Part shown: positions 10,931-25,642 of the stretch, one piece after another
Layout: each line of letters opens with the position of its first letter
Position numbering within the stretch: the stretch's first letter is position 1
Source: Octopus bimaculoides
Lineage: Eukaryota
NCBI RefSeq assembly: GCF_001194135.2
Contig: NC_068988.1
Span: 44,584,571-44,644,858 of the forward strand
Length of the DNA stretch: 60,288 nt
Direction: 5' to 3'
The notes under the pieces: model-generated
What the model saw: the letters and a program-made list of their open reading frames with translations, nothing else
Database searches by the model: none
What the model was told of the DNA's origin: nothing
Position numbers and translations under genes: made by a program

Positions 10931-12480
10931 TGAAGTTTATTTAAAAACATGATTACAGTTTGCATTGGATTATTGCTCAACATTTTTGTCGCTACACACT
11001 CAAACATCCTCAACACATCTAAAAGAAGGCCACTGAGCTACCTGGAAAATAATCATTCACCAACACCCAACACTGGCACTCCATCGGTCATGAGGATGAG
11101 AGTTTAAGTTGATCTAATCAATGGAACAGGCTGCTCATGAAATTAACGTGCAAGTGGTTGAGTACTCCACAGGCACCTCATACCCTTTACGTAGTTCTCA
11201 GGGAGATTCAGCGAGACACAAAATATGACAAGGCCAGCCCTTTGAATTACAAATGCAACTTTTAACTGACTGGCAAAGATACTTTCGATGCTTTGACTCC
11301 AAAGAGATCAAAGCTGAATTGAACTCTTGTTGAATTCAAATTTACAAGTTCAGTGTAGAGAGATAACACTAAGTCCTTTGAAACATTCAGCTTTGCAATC
11401 TATAATTCCAGTCAATCTATCAATCTTATTAAGATCATTAGTGTACTGATTAATTATTGGGATTATTTTACAAAATAACTTCAGGTTATTTGATTACTTT
11501 TTCCCTCTCCTTTTCCATCAATCCTTTTTTTTTTGCTAGCTCTGGTAAATCCTCATCATCTTCATCATCCTCATCCTCATCGTCATGTCATCATCATCAT
11601 CAACATCATCATCATCACCAACCACTTTGAAGAGTGATTTTGATTGAGAAACCAGTGCCAGAGAGCACCAATGTCCTCTCTACTCCTTGTTACCACTCTT
11701 TTAATGCAAACAAGACTAGGATTGTGAATAGAAGAGAAACTGTAGGTATGAGCGTGATAGGAAAAAGAAGGTAATAGGATGGTAGGTGATGGTGCAATAA
11801 AGTAACAGTGGCAGCTGCATACTGGTTGTTGGTTAGGAGTTTGAATAGAAAACATATATGCTGCATGATGAGATAGAAATACAGATGAAGATGGCAAAAG
11901 AGAGTGGGTGATGGATAGAAGCAGAGATAAATGAATGTAAGTAAAAATACTAATGGTAAAGTTGGTTCTATCTGTTGTTAACACAGACATTGAGCCTGCT
12001 TATGCTATGTTACACAGTGTCATGTATTGAACTCCTAATGAATATATTACAAATGCTGTATATTTGTTTCAATAATTAAAACCTGGTATGTGTGAGTTTT
12101 AAGTGGACTCATCCAGTTGTTTTCTTATATATATTGTGATTAAAATAAACGGGGACACACAATGGATTCCATTGCTACAGGATTGTGTCTGATGTTGTTA
12201 CCCCTTCTCATATGTTCTGTTGTTGGTTGTGCTTCCACCATGGCGAGATAGAAATTTGCAGTTTATGGCTATTTGACCCTTGTTCCTGTACTGCTGCTTA
12301 TGAAATGAGGAAATTACAAAACTTGACATACAGAAAACAAAAATAACTTTACATGAAGATAACTTCTCATTTCTGTATTTCCAAGCATATTCAACTCCTG
12401 TAACTGAACAATCTTGTGTGCTTCGTTTTTTAAAAGAAAACTGATTATCTGTCATCTCTCTCATCTAACATTTCTTAATC

Positions 12481-12858
12481 TTTTACTCTTTACATGTTTC
12501 AGTCATTGGACAGCAACCTTGCTGGGACACCACCTTGAAGGATTTTAGTGGAATGAATCAAACTCTAGTATTTATTCTATCAGTCTCTTTCGCCAAACTG
12601 CTAAGTTACAGGGATGTAAACAAATCGACACCAGTTGTTAAGCTGTGGTGGGTGACAAATACAAAGACTCATGTAGATATATAATACATATATTACATAT
12701 GCAATGGACTCCTTTCACTTTCTGTCTACCAAATGCACTCACAAAGATTTGGTTAGTTTGAAGCTATAATAGAAGACACTTGCCATAGGTGCCATGCAAT
12801 GGGATTGAACCGGGAACCATGTGTCAGGAAGCAAACTTTCTAAACACAGTTACACCTG
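12481..12858 (-). mobile_element. SINE family A (diverged)
   Basis: gtttcagtcattggac...gaagacacttgcc...gaaccgggaaccatgtg. Confidence 0.8.
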
Positions 12859-13693
12859 GTCATCATTTCTCAAAGTATCATTTGCTAAGTATCTCTCTGT
12901 TTAAAGATCAAACTTGCTTCCTATTGCATATTCTTCCACCACAGATTTTGGAAAAGTCTTTGCTTTCTTTGACAGACATTATTTTTAATTCAAATGATTT
13001 TTTTCTCTTTATTTACAGCAGTAATCTTCATTGATTAATCACATTTTTTTTCAGCTCAATACATTAAATAAGTTAGTACCTACTTATCTGCCTATATATG
13101 TATGTTTGTAGTAAGTATGTATCTATCTATCCATCTCTATCTCTGTAAGTATGTATGTATATTTGTATGTATGTATGTATGTATGTATGTGTGTGTGTAT
13201 GTATGTATGTATATATTTATCTATCTATCTATCTAACTACCTATCTATCTTTATCTCTCCATCTCTATCCATTTTTCTCTCTCAGTCTCACTGTTTATCT
13301 CTCTAGCTTCCTTTTGTGCCAAGAGATAGAGGAAAAAAATTCCACTTGACACTACCATTGTCTTGTTCCATGACAGATACATGTCACTACAATACAATAC
13401 AATGAAATATTTCTTTAAACATCCAGTACAAGATGAAATTTATTTCATACCATGCAGTTGTTATTGAAAGCTTACATCCTTATTTAAATGAAAATAAAAT
13501 AAAATAAAACAAAATAAAGTAAAAAAAAAAAAGACAAGTAAAAAAAGAAAGAAACAAGGAAATGGTAGTCAAAATAAAGAAAAGAACGATAGGTCTCTTC
13601 TTTCCCAATGCTTATTACACAGTATACTAAAAACAGGTGACCAAACTTCCACCAGCTTTATACTTAAAAGAAATAAAATCATGAAAAAGAAAT

Positions 13694-13730
<37 letters not shown>

Positions 13731-14364
13731 TATACATAAACATGCATACATATGGATACATGCATACATGCAGAAACATGCACACACACACACATCTATC
13801 TATTTATCATTTAATGTAAAAATAGTATAAAACATTTAAAAAAATGTTATATTTTTTCCCCATTTAAAGTGATTTGCTGTTCATAAAGATATTTTCAGTA
13901 AAAATAGAAGTTTGCAGGTATTTAGAATGTGACGCCGCTTTATTGGTACATTGAATGGCTGGCTCTCTTCTTTCTTTCTTTTTCTTCTTGAGATGTAAGT
14001 GGGATGAAGAATGTTACAGACTTGAATATAAGGCATTGAATGTGTTGGCTTGCTTAGCAAATAAGTCTTTTAGAATTCCCTTATTGTTCTTGACAGGATC
14101 TATAAAACATTGCTTCAGCAAGCTGTTAGTTTGAGAAACTCAAAATGGTTTAAAAGAACTTATGAAAGACTGAAGAGATATTAGGGTAGCAAAAATAAAA
14201 AAAATAAAAAAATTAAAAAAAAGAAAAAAAAGAAAGAAAAGGACTGCAAAGAGGAAAATTGTACATACTTTGTTTCCATGTATGCTGGATATAATTTTAT
14301 TTTTATATTTCACATGCTTAAATGACTTATTTCTTTCCATTCCATATATAGAGTCAATTTGAGT

Positions 14365-14670
<306 letters not shown>

Positions 14671-14774
14671 ATGCATTAAAGTAGACAGATATATAAAAAC
14701 AGCTAGATTGATGCATATGCAGACATATATACATGCATGCACCATCTTCACACACAAATGCACACAAGAAGATG

Positions 14775-14900
14775 AAAGAGGAGAAGGAAAAAAGAGGAAT
14801 AAGATGGATGGATAACATCAAGGAATGGACAAGCAAATCATTAGCAGAGAACTGAGCTCTGGCATGCAGCCATAACAGATGGAGAAGACCTGGAATGGTA
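14775..14900 (+). mobile_element. RTE-clade LINE 3' fragment
   Basis: WMDNIKEWTSKSLAE...NRWRR. Confidence 0.65.
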
Positions 14901-14998
14901 GCATCCTTGCAAGTCCACTGCAATTTGAGTGCTCAAACTAACAAGCTATATATTGACACACACATGCATGTATTCATATATATCCACACATTCATATC

Positions 14999-15060
<62 letters not shown>

Positions 15061-15629
15061 NNNNNNNNNNNNNNNNNNNNNNNNNNNNNNNNNNNNNNNN
15101 NNNNNNNNNNNNNNNNNNNNNNNNNNNNNNNNNNNNNNNNNNNNNNNNNNNNNNNNNNNNNNNNNNNNNNNNNNNNNNNNNNNNNNNNNNNNNNNNNNNN
15201 NNNNNNNNNNNNNNNNNNNNNNNNNNNNNNNNNNNNNNNNNNNNNNNNNNNNNNNNNNNNNNNNNNNNNNNNNNNNNNNNNNNNNNNNNNNNNNNNNNNN
15301 NNNNNNNNNNNNNNNNNNNNNNNNNNNNNNNNNNNNNNNNNNNNNNNNNNNNNNNNNNNNNNNNNNNNNNNNNNNNNNNNNNNNNNNNNNNNNNNNNNNN
15401 NNNNNNNNNNNNNNNNNNNNNNNNNNNNNNNNNNNNNNNNNNNNNNNNNNNNNNNNNNNNNNNNNNNNNNNNNNNNNNNNNNNNNNNNNNNNNNNNNNNN
15501 NNNNNNNNNNNNNNNNNNNNNNNNNNNNNNNNNNNNNNNNNNNNNNNNNNNNNNNNNNNNNNNNNNNNNNNNNNNNNNNNNNNNNNNNNNNNNNNNNNNN
15601 NNNNNNNNNNNNNNNNNNNNNNNNNNNNN

Positions 15630-15662
<33 letters not shown>

Positions 15663-15824
15663 CGACGGGCTTCTTTCAGTTTCCGTCTACCAAATCCATT
15701 CACAAGGCTTTGGTCAGCCTGAAGCTATAGTAGAAGACACTTGCCCAAAGTGCCACGCAGTGGGACTGAACCTGGAGCCATGTGGTTAGTAAGCAAGCTA
15801 CTTACCACACAGCCACTCATGCAC

Positions 15825-15865
<41 letters not shown>

Positions 15866-16764
15866 CATATATATGCATATATAATATAAATGTATATATG
15901 TATATGCATACACACATGCCCACACAGACACACACCTCTACACACACACACCTACACAAATTAGTTATAACAATTCACCAGAACCTAGGCATATCAACAG
16001 GCAAGCAACAATGAAGGTATGAAGTGTTGGTAGGATACTGTAGCTATGTAGTTACCAAATTCAATTTGAACTGCAGGTCTGTCTCTATGGCTGATTCCAA
16101 GTATGGTGTAGGTACAATTGGCATTTAAAATTTATGACAGCAGGTTTGTTGGTAGAATTTTATTGATACATTGATAGATTACATTATAACTTATAATCCA
16201 CCATCTTCAGGCAAAAATTTAAACAGTTAAGATGTCAAACAGGTGACATTTCAAACACTGAACTTGAGGAACCCAACATCGTTGGTTCTTTTAAAAATAA
16301 TATTCAAATTTATAAGAAAATTAGAATGTGTAACTTGAATGGGTATGTGAAAAGAAAAGAGATCAAAGGACAATTTCCTTGCAAAAGTATAATATATAAA
16401 AAAAAAGTTTATAGCTAATACTGCCGTTGAGAATGAACAAAAATAATAGATATACTGTAGCCTTGAGTTGACATTAAGGTCATCAAAACTAAGTGGACAT
16501 TTTGTCAGTTAAGTGGGATAAAAGTAGACAAACCCCAGGGCAGCAGAAATCATAAAATGGTCATCAACTTTTTGTTTTATTTCATCCAACTTAAGTACAA
16601 CAGGTACACACGTATTCACACTCACATTCCAAGGCAGACACATATACACACATGCAATCGATAATGTTTACAAAACTAGAGTGCTGCTTTTAAATTCGTT
16701 ATTGTGTTTAATCATACATGTGCATCATAGGCTGGTGATTCAATTCTTTGTCAGTTTGATTCAG

Positions 16765-16833
16765 GTATGTAATGTTGATAAACCACAAAAATGGTGAAAC
16801 ATCACTATCTATCAATCCTGAATTTGGTCTGAG
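16765..16833 (+). CDS. Candidate 69-nt symmetric phase-2 exon (YVMLINHKNGETSLSINPEFGL)
   Basis: ttctttgtcagtttgattcag acceptor, CTGAG|gtgagt donor, open frame, length divisible by 3. Confidence 0.45.
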
Positions 16834-16929
16834 GTGAGTTGCCTTACTTGTCTATGACTTTCAGGTGTTTTAACACCCAGAATTATGAAGGAATCATCTC
16901 CAAGCGCTATACTGCAGTAGGTAGGAGAA

Positions 16930-17292
16930 GTCCATCGGTTACGATGACGAGGGTCCCAGCTGATACGATCAATGGAACAGCTTGCTCGTGAAATAAAGTG
17001 CAAGTGGCTTAGCACTCCACAGACACGTGTACCCTTAACGTAGTTCTCAGGGAGATTCAGTGTGACACAGTCTGACAAGGCTGACCCTTTGAAATNNNNN
17101 NNNNNCAGTGTGACACAGTCTGACAAGGCTGACCCTTTGAAATACAGGTACTACTCATTTTTGCCAGCTGAGTGGACTGGAGCAACATTAAATAAAGTGT
17201 CTTGCTCAAGGACACAACGCAATGCCGGGAATTGAACTCATAACATTATGATTGTGAGTGGAATGCCCTAACCACTAAGCCATGCGCCTTCA
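16930..17292 (-). mobile_element. tRNA-derived SINE family E
   Basis: Head gtgaaggcgcatggcttagtggttagg (A box)...gagttcaattccc (B box), then tgtgtccttgagcaagacact. Other copies at 22257-22576 (-) and 11071-11255 (-). Confidence 0.8.
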
Positions 17293-17399
17293 CTGCACTA
17301 AATCTAGTGAACAAACAAAACACATTCATTGAGTACATGCAGCTAATAATATTTACAATACTGGCACTACTATTAATTCGTTATTGAATATATATACAT

Positions 17400-17518
<119 letters not shown>

Positions 17519-17810
17519 TATATATATATATATACTTATATATGTATATACTTACACATAATGCCTGCATAAGTATATATACAAGTATATACATATACAT
17601 ATATGTACACACACATAGATATATTCAAAATACATATGTACACACAAGCACACACACACTACATACACACACCTACTTATATATATATGTATATAAACAT
17701 ACATATATACACACATACATATGCAAACACACACACACATACATATATACTTATACCTGCACATGCATATACATACTTACATAAAATATATAATGATAAG
17801 ACATTATAAA

Positions 17811-17866
<56 letters not shown>

Positions 17867-18149
17867 NNNNNNNNNNNNNNNNNNNNNNNNNNNNNNNNNN
17901 NNNNNNNNNNNNNNNNNNNNNNNNNNNNNNNNNNNNNNNNNNNNNNNNNNNNNNNNNNNNNNNNNNNNNNNNNNNNNNNNNNNNNNNNNNNNNNNNNNNN
18001 TATATATTTATAAAAGGACAGTGGATTAGTAAATAATACACTGAACAATCAAATATATGGATGCAAAGAAATATAACCAGGAGGCCAAAGACAATGATAT
18101 ATCACTTTAGATAATATTTAAATGAGACAAGTATACTTAACTGCATTAC

Positions 18150-19050
18150 AAAGTATTGGTAAATAGGAACAAAGAAGTTAAAAATAAGTGGCATTTGAAA
18201 CATAACCAGTTTAAAGTATGAAAATATTTTCCTTATGTAGTCCGAGCATTTCACTCAATATAAACTAAAGATATTACCTGAACATTTAAGTATTTCCCAT
18301 AATCCAGGACAGCAAAGCCTACACCTATGCCTATCATTTGAATAGGTAATGCATATTTTGTTATGCTCTAGATAACTTGGAATATATTTTCTTGTCTTTT
18401 AATTACCAAATTTTTTTTCCTGAGTGATGTAACCTTGGTTTTATTATATTTATTAAAATTATAACAATGATTAATATAATCATTGTTACATAAATTTTCA
18501 AGAAGTTGAACCGATGTTGGTAAACGTGGTAAGGTTAATTATTACATCACATCTAGAGATAATATTTTTTAGTGAGGCATATATTATTGAGAGGACATAG
18601 AAGTTTGGTTTTACACTTACACAATTTAGGAGATTTATGCACATTCAGTATTATTCGAGGATCGCAGAGAGTGATGATTATTGTTAGACCCAATAGAATT
18701 ATTTGTATTATCCAGGTTACATAAGAGTTGTTATTATTAGTAATAAAACTAACGTTCCAATGGTGATAGCTAATATAGTTGCCTGGATTATTAATAGCTA
18801 CATAAGCAACCCTGATAACATCAACAACGATTCTAATATAAATGATGATTTTAGTATGTTTGCGTTATGGCATTAATGTTAATTTATCATTTAGTGGGAT
18901 GAATTTTTATTCAGTGAGGATTTTTGATAATGTATTTGGCTGTTATATTGTTAAAATGCATTTGATTCATGTAAAGCACTTTATGTGTGGATTGTGGACT
19001 TTTATAGTGTGATGCCTGAGTTAACTTATTGTGTTGTATTTGTATTTGTA
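18150..19050 (-). mobile_element. Decayed Penelope-like retroelement, GIY-YIG endonuclease region
   Basis: Interrupted minus-strand translation: CKCKTKLLCPLNNICLTK (18568-18622), NIISRCDV, FTNIGSTS, YINH, then YSNDRHRCRLC (18312-18344). This matches the CxC..CPL..CL / YIGxT / NH / YSN..RCxLC layout of PLE endonucleases. Stops and frameshifts are present. Confidence 0.7.
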
Positions 19051-20229
19051 TTGTTCTACAGCTTGGTCTATTAGTTTGTTAGAATATCTATTGTTGATTA
19101 GTACATTTTTTTTTATTCTGTAGATTTTTTATTTAGCACTTCATTTGTGGAAGAGAATCTAAATGCTTGACTAAATGGGAATGTTACCACAGGCATTTTC
19201 TATTTAAATGGACATTCACAACACATTTATTTATGCCTTAGGTGTAACTTGATGTGATGTGTCTCTTAATTTCTATTTGAATATTTATATCTAGAAATGG
19301 ATTCATTCTATTGCAAGAAATTATATTTGTGCTGTTCTCATCATTGTCGTCGTTGTCATCATACTTCCCAACCACCACCTACAACTGCCACCATAACCAC
19401 CACCTACAACTGCCACCATAACCAACACCATCACCACNNNNNNNNNNNNNNNNNNNNNNNNNNNNNNNNNNNNNNNNNNNNNNNNNNNNNNNNNNNNNNN
19501 NNNNNNNNNNNNNNNNNNNNNNNNNNNNNNNNNNNNNNNNNNNNNNNNNNNNNNNNNNNNNNNNNNNNNNNNNNNNNNNNNNNNNNNNNNNNNNNNNNNN
19601 NNNNNNNNNNNNNNNNNNNNNNNNNNNNNNNNNNNNNNNNNNNNNNNNNNNNNNNNNNNNNNNNNNNNNNNNNNNNNNNNNNNNNNNNNNNNNNNNNNNN
19701 NNNNNNNNNNNNNNNNNNNNNNNNNNNNNNNNNNNNNNNNNNNNNNNNNNNNNNNNNNNNNNNNNNNNNNNNNNNNNNNNNNNNNNNNNNNNNNNNNNNN
19801 NNNNNNNNNNNNNNNNNNNNNNNNNNNNNNNNNNNNNNNNNNNNNNNNNNNNNNNNNNNNNNNNNNNNNNNNNNNNNNNNNNNNNNNNNNNNNNNNNNNN
19901 NNNNNNNNNNNNNNNNNNNNNNNNNNNNNNNNNNNNNNNNNNNNNNNNNNNNNNNNNNNNNNNNNNNNNNNNNNNNNNNNNNNNNNNNNNNNNNNNNNNN
20001 NNNNNNNNNNNNNNNNNNAACACCACCAATACCATCGTTGTTGTCATCACCACCATCATTATCGTCATCATCATCATTGTCCTGCTTATCAATGTTCTTG
20101 TGAAAACACACAGAGCAAAATCTTTGTTCTCAAAAAGTAATGCCTGTGAGTTTGTTTTAATTCTTATTTAGAGCTGTTCCCCTTACACTGTTAATACTCT
20201 TTATAAAGCCAGGAGCATGAGACAATCTC

Positions 20230-20260
<31 letters not shown>

Positions 20261-21310
20261 TTCATCGTTGTCATTGTCATCGTCATCATCATCATCTTCA
20301 TGTCCATTTATATCAGTTCTTGCATGGGTTAGACAAAATTCTTGAAGCAATATTATATGCTTATATGCCTTCCTGGTTCTAACTGTTAATTGTTTTAAAG
20401 AAAGGTACTTGGTTCCAAATCTCATGCCAAACTTCTAAGCTATTGGAATATTTATTGTTTATGTGAGACAGTGGAATATAATCATTATCACCATTGTCCT
20501 AGGAGTATTTAACACTTGTACAGAATAAGGCAACATGTCAGAATCATTAGCACCCTTTTCAAAATACTTAGTTCAAATTCTGACAAAATCAACTTTGCCT
20601 TTCATCCTTATGGGGTCAATAGAATGGTACCAGTTGAGCACTGGAGTCGATGTAATTGACTTATCCCACACCCACAAAATTGCTGGCCTTGTGTCAAATT
20701 TTGAAACCAGTATTAGTCCAGAGTAAGGTGGAAACTGGCAGACTCATTTTTCCTTACATGAACAGCAAATGGATACCTCTGTTATACAAAACTGATAATT
20801 TCTGATGTATATTATCTGATATATATCTGTAGTTTTATTGTTTGTTGTTTGTATACATTATAGTGGCACATGAAAAGACATTCGAGCGAGATCGTTGCCA
20901 GTGCTGCTGGACTGGCTCCTGTGCAGGTAGCATGTAAAATACACCATTTCAAGTGTGGCCGTTGCCAGTACTGCCTGACTGGCCTTCATGCCGGTGGCAT
21001 GTAAAAGCACCCACTACACTCTTGGAGTGGTTGGCATTAGGAAAGGCATCCAGCTGTAGAAACTCTGCCAAATCAGATTGGAGTCTGGTGTAGCCACCCG
21101 TCGTAGTCAAATCGTCCAACCCATGCTGGCATGGAAAGCGGACGTTACATGAAGATGATGATGATGATAGTATTCAATATTGTTCATACAAGCTGTGTAG
21201 TTTACTTGCAGTCAATTGTGACAGCTGTTCCAGACTTCATGGTGTGTTTTGATTTGTTGCCTGATCTTTTGTTAACAAAGACACATTCAAAAACTATTTC
21301 TTGCTTCCAG

Positions 21311-21381
21311 TTCTCCACTAACGATGTCTGGGTCGTTTGTTGTTTGATAGACAGATGGGTTATTACCTTGCTTAGAAACAG
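21311..21381 (+). CDS. Candidate exon; phase-2 reading SPLTMSGSFVV* with tandem TGA TAG
   Basis: atttcttgcttccag acceptor and AACAG|gtaaga donor. The phase-0 reading FSTNDVWVVCCLIDRWVITLLRN is also open. Confidence 0.35.
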
Positions 21382-21800
21382 GTAAGAGCATTTACCATAG
21401 ATGACTTTAGCCCACCATGTTCTTGTTTAACCCTTGCAAGCATGGAAAGTAGAGTTGTAGCTATGTAACTGCTTTACAGCAAGACACTTGTTTCTATCCC
21501 TCTTCCATACTCTGATCACCCATCACCTGGAACAAAGCCACCTCTCTTAATACTACTCCCCATTGAGATGAGGCGTCTTGCCTTACATGTTAATCAGTGA
21601 CCACATTACTGATGGAGCGACATAAAAAATGCACCCAGTACTCTCTGTAAAATGGTTGACATTAGGAAGGGCATTAAGCTAAAGAAAGCATGCTTAAGCA
21701 GACTGTAAAGCTTGGCATGGTCTTCTGGCTTCTCTGCCCCTGTCAAACCATTCAACCCATGCCAGTATGGAAGGCAGATGTTAAATGATTATGTTAATAA

Positions 21801-21907
<107 letters not shown>

Positions 21908-23058
21908 ATCACACACACACACATACACACACATATACACACACACACACACAAGCAAACAAACAGTCACATATATTTACATATTTCTACATTTTTCTTT
22001 AATATAAATATAGTTTCTGAAGATTCAAACATTCACAGCATTCATATTGGATATTTATAATTTAAATGAAATTTTAAATATTGATCAGAGAATATGTTTG
22101 ACACATGTATATACATACAGACACACACACATAGACTTATTCACATACTAAATGACACACACAAATACAACGGATACACATATACATATACAAACACATA
22201 CAGATGTACATATGTTTACACCTGGACAGACATCCATATTAATAATATAAAACTAGCATTCCATCAGTTACAATGATGAGGTCCCAGTTGATCTGGTCAA
22301 TGGAACAGCCTGCTCATGAAATTAACATGCATGTGGCTGAGCTCTCCATGGACATGCATACTCTTAATGTAGTTCTCTGAGAGATTCAGCATGACATGGA
22401 ATGTAACAAGGCTTGCCTTTTGAAATAATGGTACAACTCATTTTTGACAGCTGAATGGACTGGAGCAATGTGAAATAAAGTTTCTTGCTCAAAGACATAA
22501 TGCACCACTGGGAATCGAACTCCTGATTTTATGATCATGCACCAAAGGTCCTAACCACTAAGCCACACACCTTCACAAATAATATAACTGAATAAAAAGA
22601 TGTTCTTTTGGGTAATATAGTCGTTCCTTAGAATTCAAGAGAAGATGGAAGAACTGTCAAATAATAGCTAATTAATACCAATACATACTTCAAGACTGTT
22701 CCAAAACTTTACCATTTATATTTGTCTAGTTCCTCTCTTTCTCCAGGGATTACAACTGGCCAGGATATGAAACTGAAACATGTCATACATGGCCCACAGG
22801 AGGAAGAACAATCTGGAATTAAACACGATCAATAGAAATTATATTAATATTTAGAGAGATAAAAAAAGAATGAACCAATCTGAAGAATAATGAAAGCAAT
22901 AAAGATATAGAAGTGACAACATAATAATCTTGAGAACTAATAAAGTTAGTTCCAAGGATCTTTAATAATTTTAACTGAAGATATTAACACTTGATGTACC
23001 AACTTGGAAAAGCTGTACATTTAATAAGGAAGTGATGATTCCTTTGCAAAAAAGAATG

Positions 23059-23223
23059 CACTGTATTTTAATGTGTATAAGGAACCCCCTAATTTTGGGG
23101 GCTTGAAATTTGTAAAAAAGGTTTTGTAAAGGATTATAACACTATCCATGTTTAAGAAACTCCTATATTTTTTAAACTAATTTTTAACAAAAAAGGCTTC
23201 CTTATACATGTTAAAATATGGTA
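23059..23223. mobile_element. pogo/Tigger-like MITE
   Basis: Imperfect ~29-bp TIRs cactgtattttaatgtgtataaggaaccc / ggcttccttatacatgttaaaatatggta. Confidence 0.55.
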
Positions 23224-23279
23224 TATGATATAATGACAAAGCACTAAAATATATCACATAAAATGTATATTTATATTAG

Positions 23280-23919
23280 GCATGTCTGTGTGGTGAGAAG
23301 CTTGCTTCCCAGCCACATGGTTCTGGGGTCAAGTCACACTGTATGGCATCCTAGGTAAGTGTGTTTTACTAGAGCCTTGGGCTGACTGAAGCCTTGTCAG
23401 TGGACAATAGATGTAAACTAAAAGCCTGTTATGGTCATGGCTGTGGTAGGTGCGGGCATGGCTGTGTGGTTAGGAAGCTTGCTTCCCAGCTACATGGTTT
23501 CAGGTTCAGTCCCTCTGCGTGGCACCTTGGGCAAGTGTCTTCTGCTATAGCCCCGAGCTGACCGAAGCTTTGTGATTGAATTTGGTAGGTGGAAGTTACT
23601 GCCATGTGTGTATATATCTGTGTATGTGCTTGTGCCTCTCTCCCACAGAGTGAGAGAGGGAAAAAAAAAATATATATATATGAAAATGTATATGTCTGTG
23701 TGTCTTTGTGTCTGTGTTTGTCCTGTCAATGCTTGACAACTGGTGTTAGTGTGTTTACATCCCCATAACTTAGCAGTTTCGCAAAAGAGTCTGATAGTGT
23801 AAGTACTAGGCTTTAAAAAGAAAATCTTGAGGTTGGTTTGTTTGACTAAAAAAAACCTTCAAGGCAGTGGTCCAGCATGGCCACAGTCAAATGAGTGAGA
23901 CAAGTTAAAGAATAAAAGA

Positions 23920-23922
<3 letters not shown>
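23280..23922 (+). mobile_element. SINE family A head fragment followed by a full copy (23448-23922)
   Basis: Two successive heads (gtgtggtgagaagcttgc; gtgtggttaggaagcttgc) and a taaaagaa tail. Confidence 0.8.
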
Positions 23923-23957
<35 letters not shown>

Positions 23958-25609
23958 TAAAAGATGAAAGAAGAAAATGCTTTGAGAAGTTTATCATGGA
24001 CAAAAGAAAGAATATATTTACATCTTTATCAAAAGATGCTACTGATTTCATTTGTCTTTAAGCCGATTTAGCCATGCTGTAAGAGCAGGGAAAATAAATT
24101 GAAATAAATTAAATTAAATTAAGATGAACTTGCATAGCAAATGACTTGATCTGAGATCGTGGGCTGAAGCAAAAACAACTGCAGCATGGAAGATGCTTGT
24201 AAGCCATTCAAGAACACACAAATACCATTAGTTTCATTTCAACATTTAAATCTCATTTGTGTCAAAATATTTTTGTCGTTTTGAAACCGCATACTGTTCA
24301 CTGACAAAACTTCATGTTGCATCTGAGAAAGTAACAGTTAGTTCATGATATGTATGTGTTTATGTAAGTCACTATCTGGTTTATTTCATGCCAATAGAGA
24401 AAGAATCAGTTTCTAACCAAGATCCAAGGCTCCTTCATTGGGATTTCAACATCAACAACAGGGTATTTTTTATGTATGTATGTATGTATGTATGTATGTA
24501 TGTATGTATGTATGTATGTATGTGCAGATTTGTATGTTTTTTGTATGTATTCTCATGCATATAGTAGCATATCTAGACATGCTCATATATATTTAAATGG
24601 TGAACTTCTGGAAAGTTTTACAGATTTTTTTCAATATATGTATGTATGTATGTGTGTATGTATGCATTTATGTATGTATATGTGTACATGCACTTGCATA
24701 CATATACGCATGTATGCATACATATATGCATGTACACATGTATGTATGTATGTATGTATGTATGTATATAATCATGCACTTATGTANNNNNNNNNNNNNN
24801 NNNNNNNNNNNNNNNNNNNNNNNNNNNNNNNNNNNNNNNNNNNNNNNNNNNNNNNNNNNNNNNNNNNNNNNNNNNNNNNNNNNNNNNNNNNNNNNNNNNN
24901 NNNNNNNNNNNNNNNNNNNNNNNNNNNNNNNNNNNNNNNNNNNNNNNNNNNNNNNNNNNNNNNNNNNNNNNNNNNNNNNNNNNNNNNNNNNNNNNNNNNN
25001 NNNNNNNNNNNNNNNNNNNNNNNNNNNNNNNNNNNNNNNNNNNNNNNTATATACATATGTTCCTTTCACCACTGTCTAACAGTGAATAGCTACATCTTAG
25101 ATACATACATGCAAATATAAACCTATCTATACGTATGTACAAGCACATACAATCTGCATGTGAGAGTGCGAATGTATGTCTGTATATATACTGGCTCCTG
25201 TGCCGGTGGCAGGTAAACAGCACTATCTGAATATGATCGATGCTTTGGGCCCCCTGGCTGGTTCCTATGTCAGTGGCACATAAAAAGCACCCACTACACT
25301 GCCAGAGTGGTTGGTGTTAGGAAGGGCATCCAGCTGTAGAAACATTGCCAGATCAGATTGGCACCTGGTGCAGCTGCTGGCTTTCTGGCCCTCTGTCAAA
25401 TTGTCCAACCCATGCCAGCATGGAAAATGGACGTTAAACGATAATGATGATGATGACATATGTATGCAACCTCATCCTCATATAGACATAGGCGCTTACA
25501 TGCATATGTGTAACATAATACATATATATTTAGACATTTATACGTATAAATATACATATATATATATACAGACATACATTCGCTCTCCCACATACACACA
25601 TATATATGC

Positions 25610-25642
<33 letters not shown>

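Noticed and set aside
17058-17143. 38-bp direct repeat inside a family E SINE
   Set aside because: Exact duplicate on both sides of a 10-N gap; assembly artefact.
17221-17292. tRNA-like sequences with A and B boxes
   Set aside because: They are SINE heads that continue into SINE bodies, and I could not fold a cloverleaf. No true tRNA gene called.
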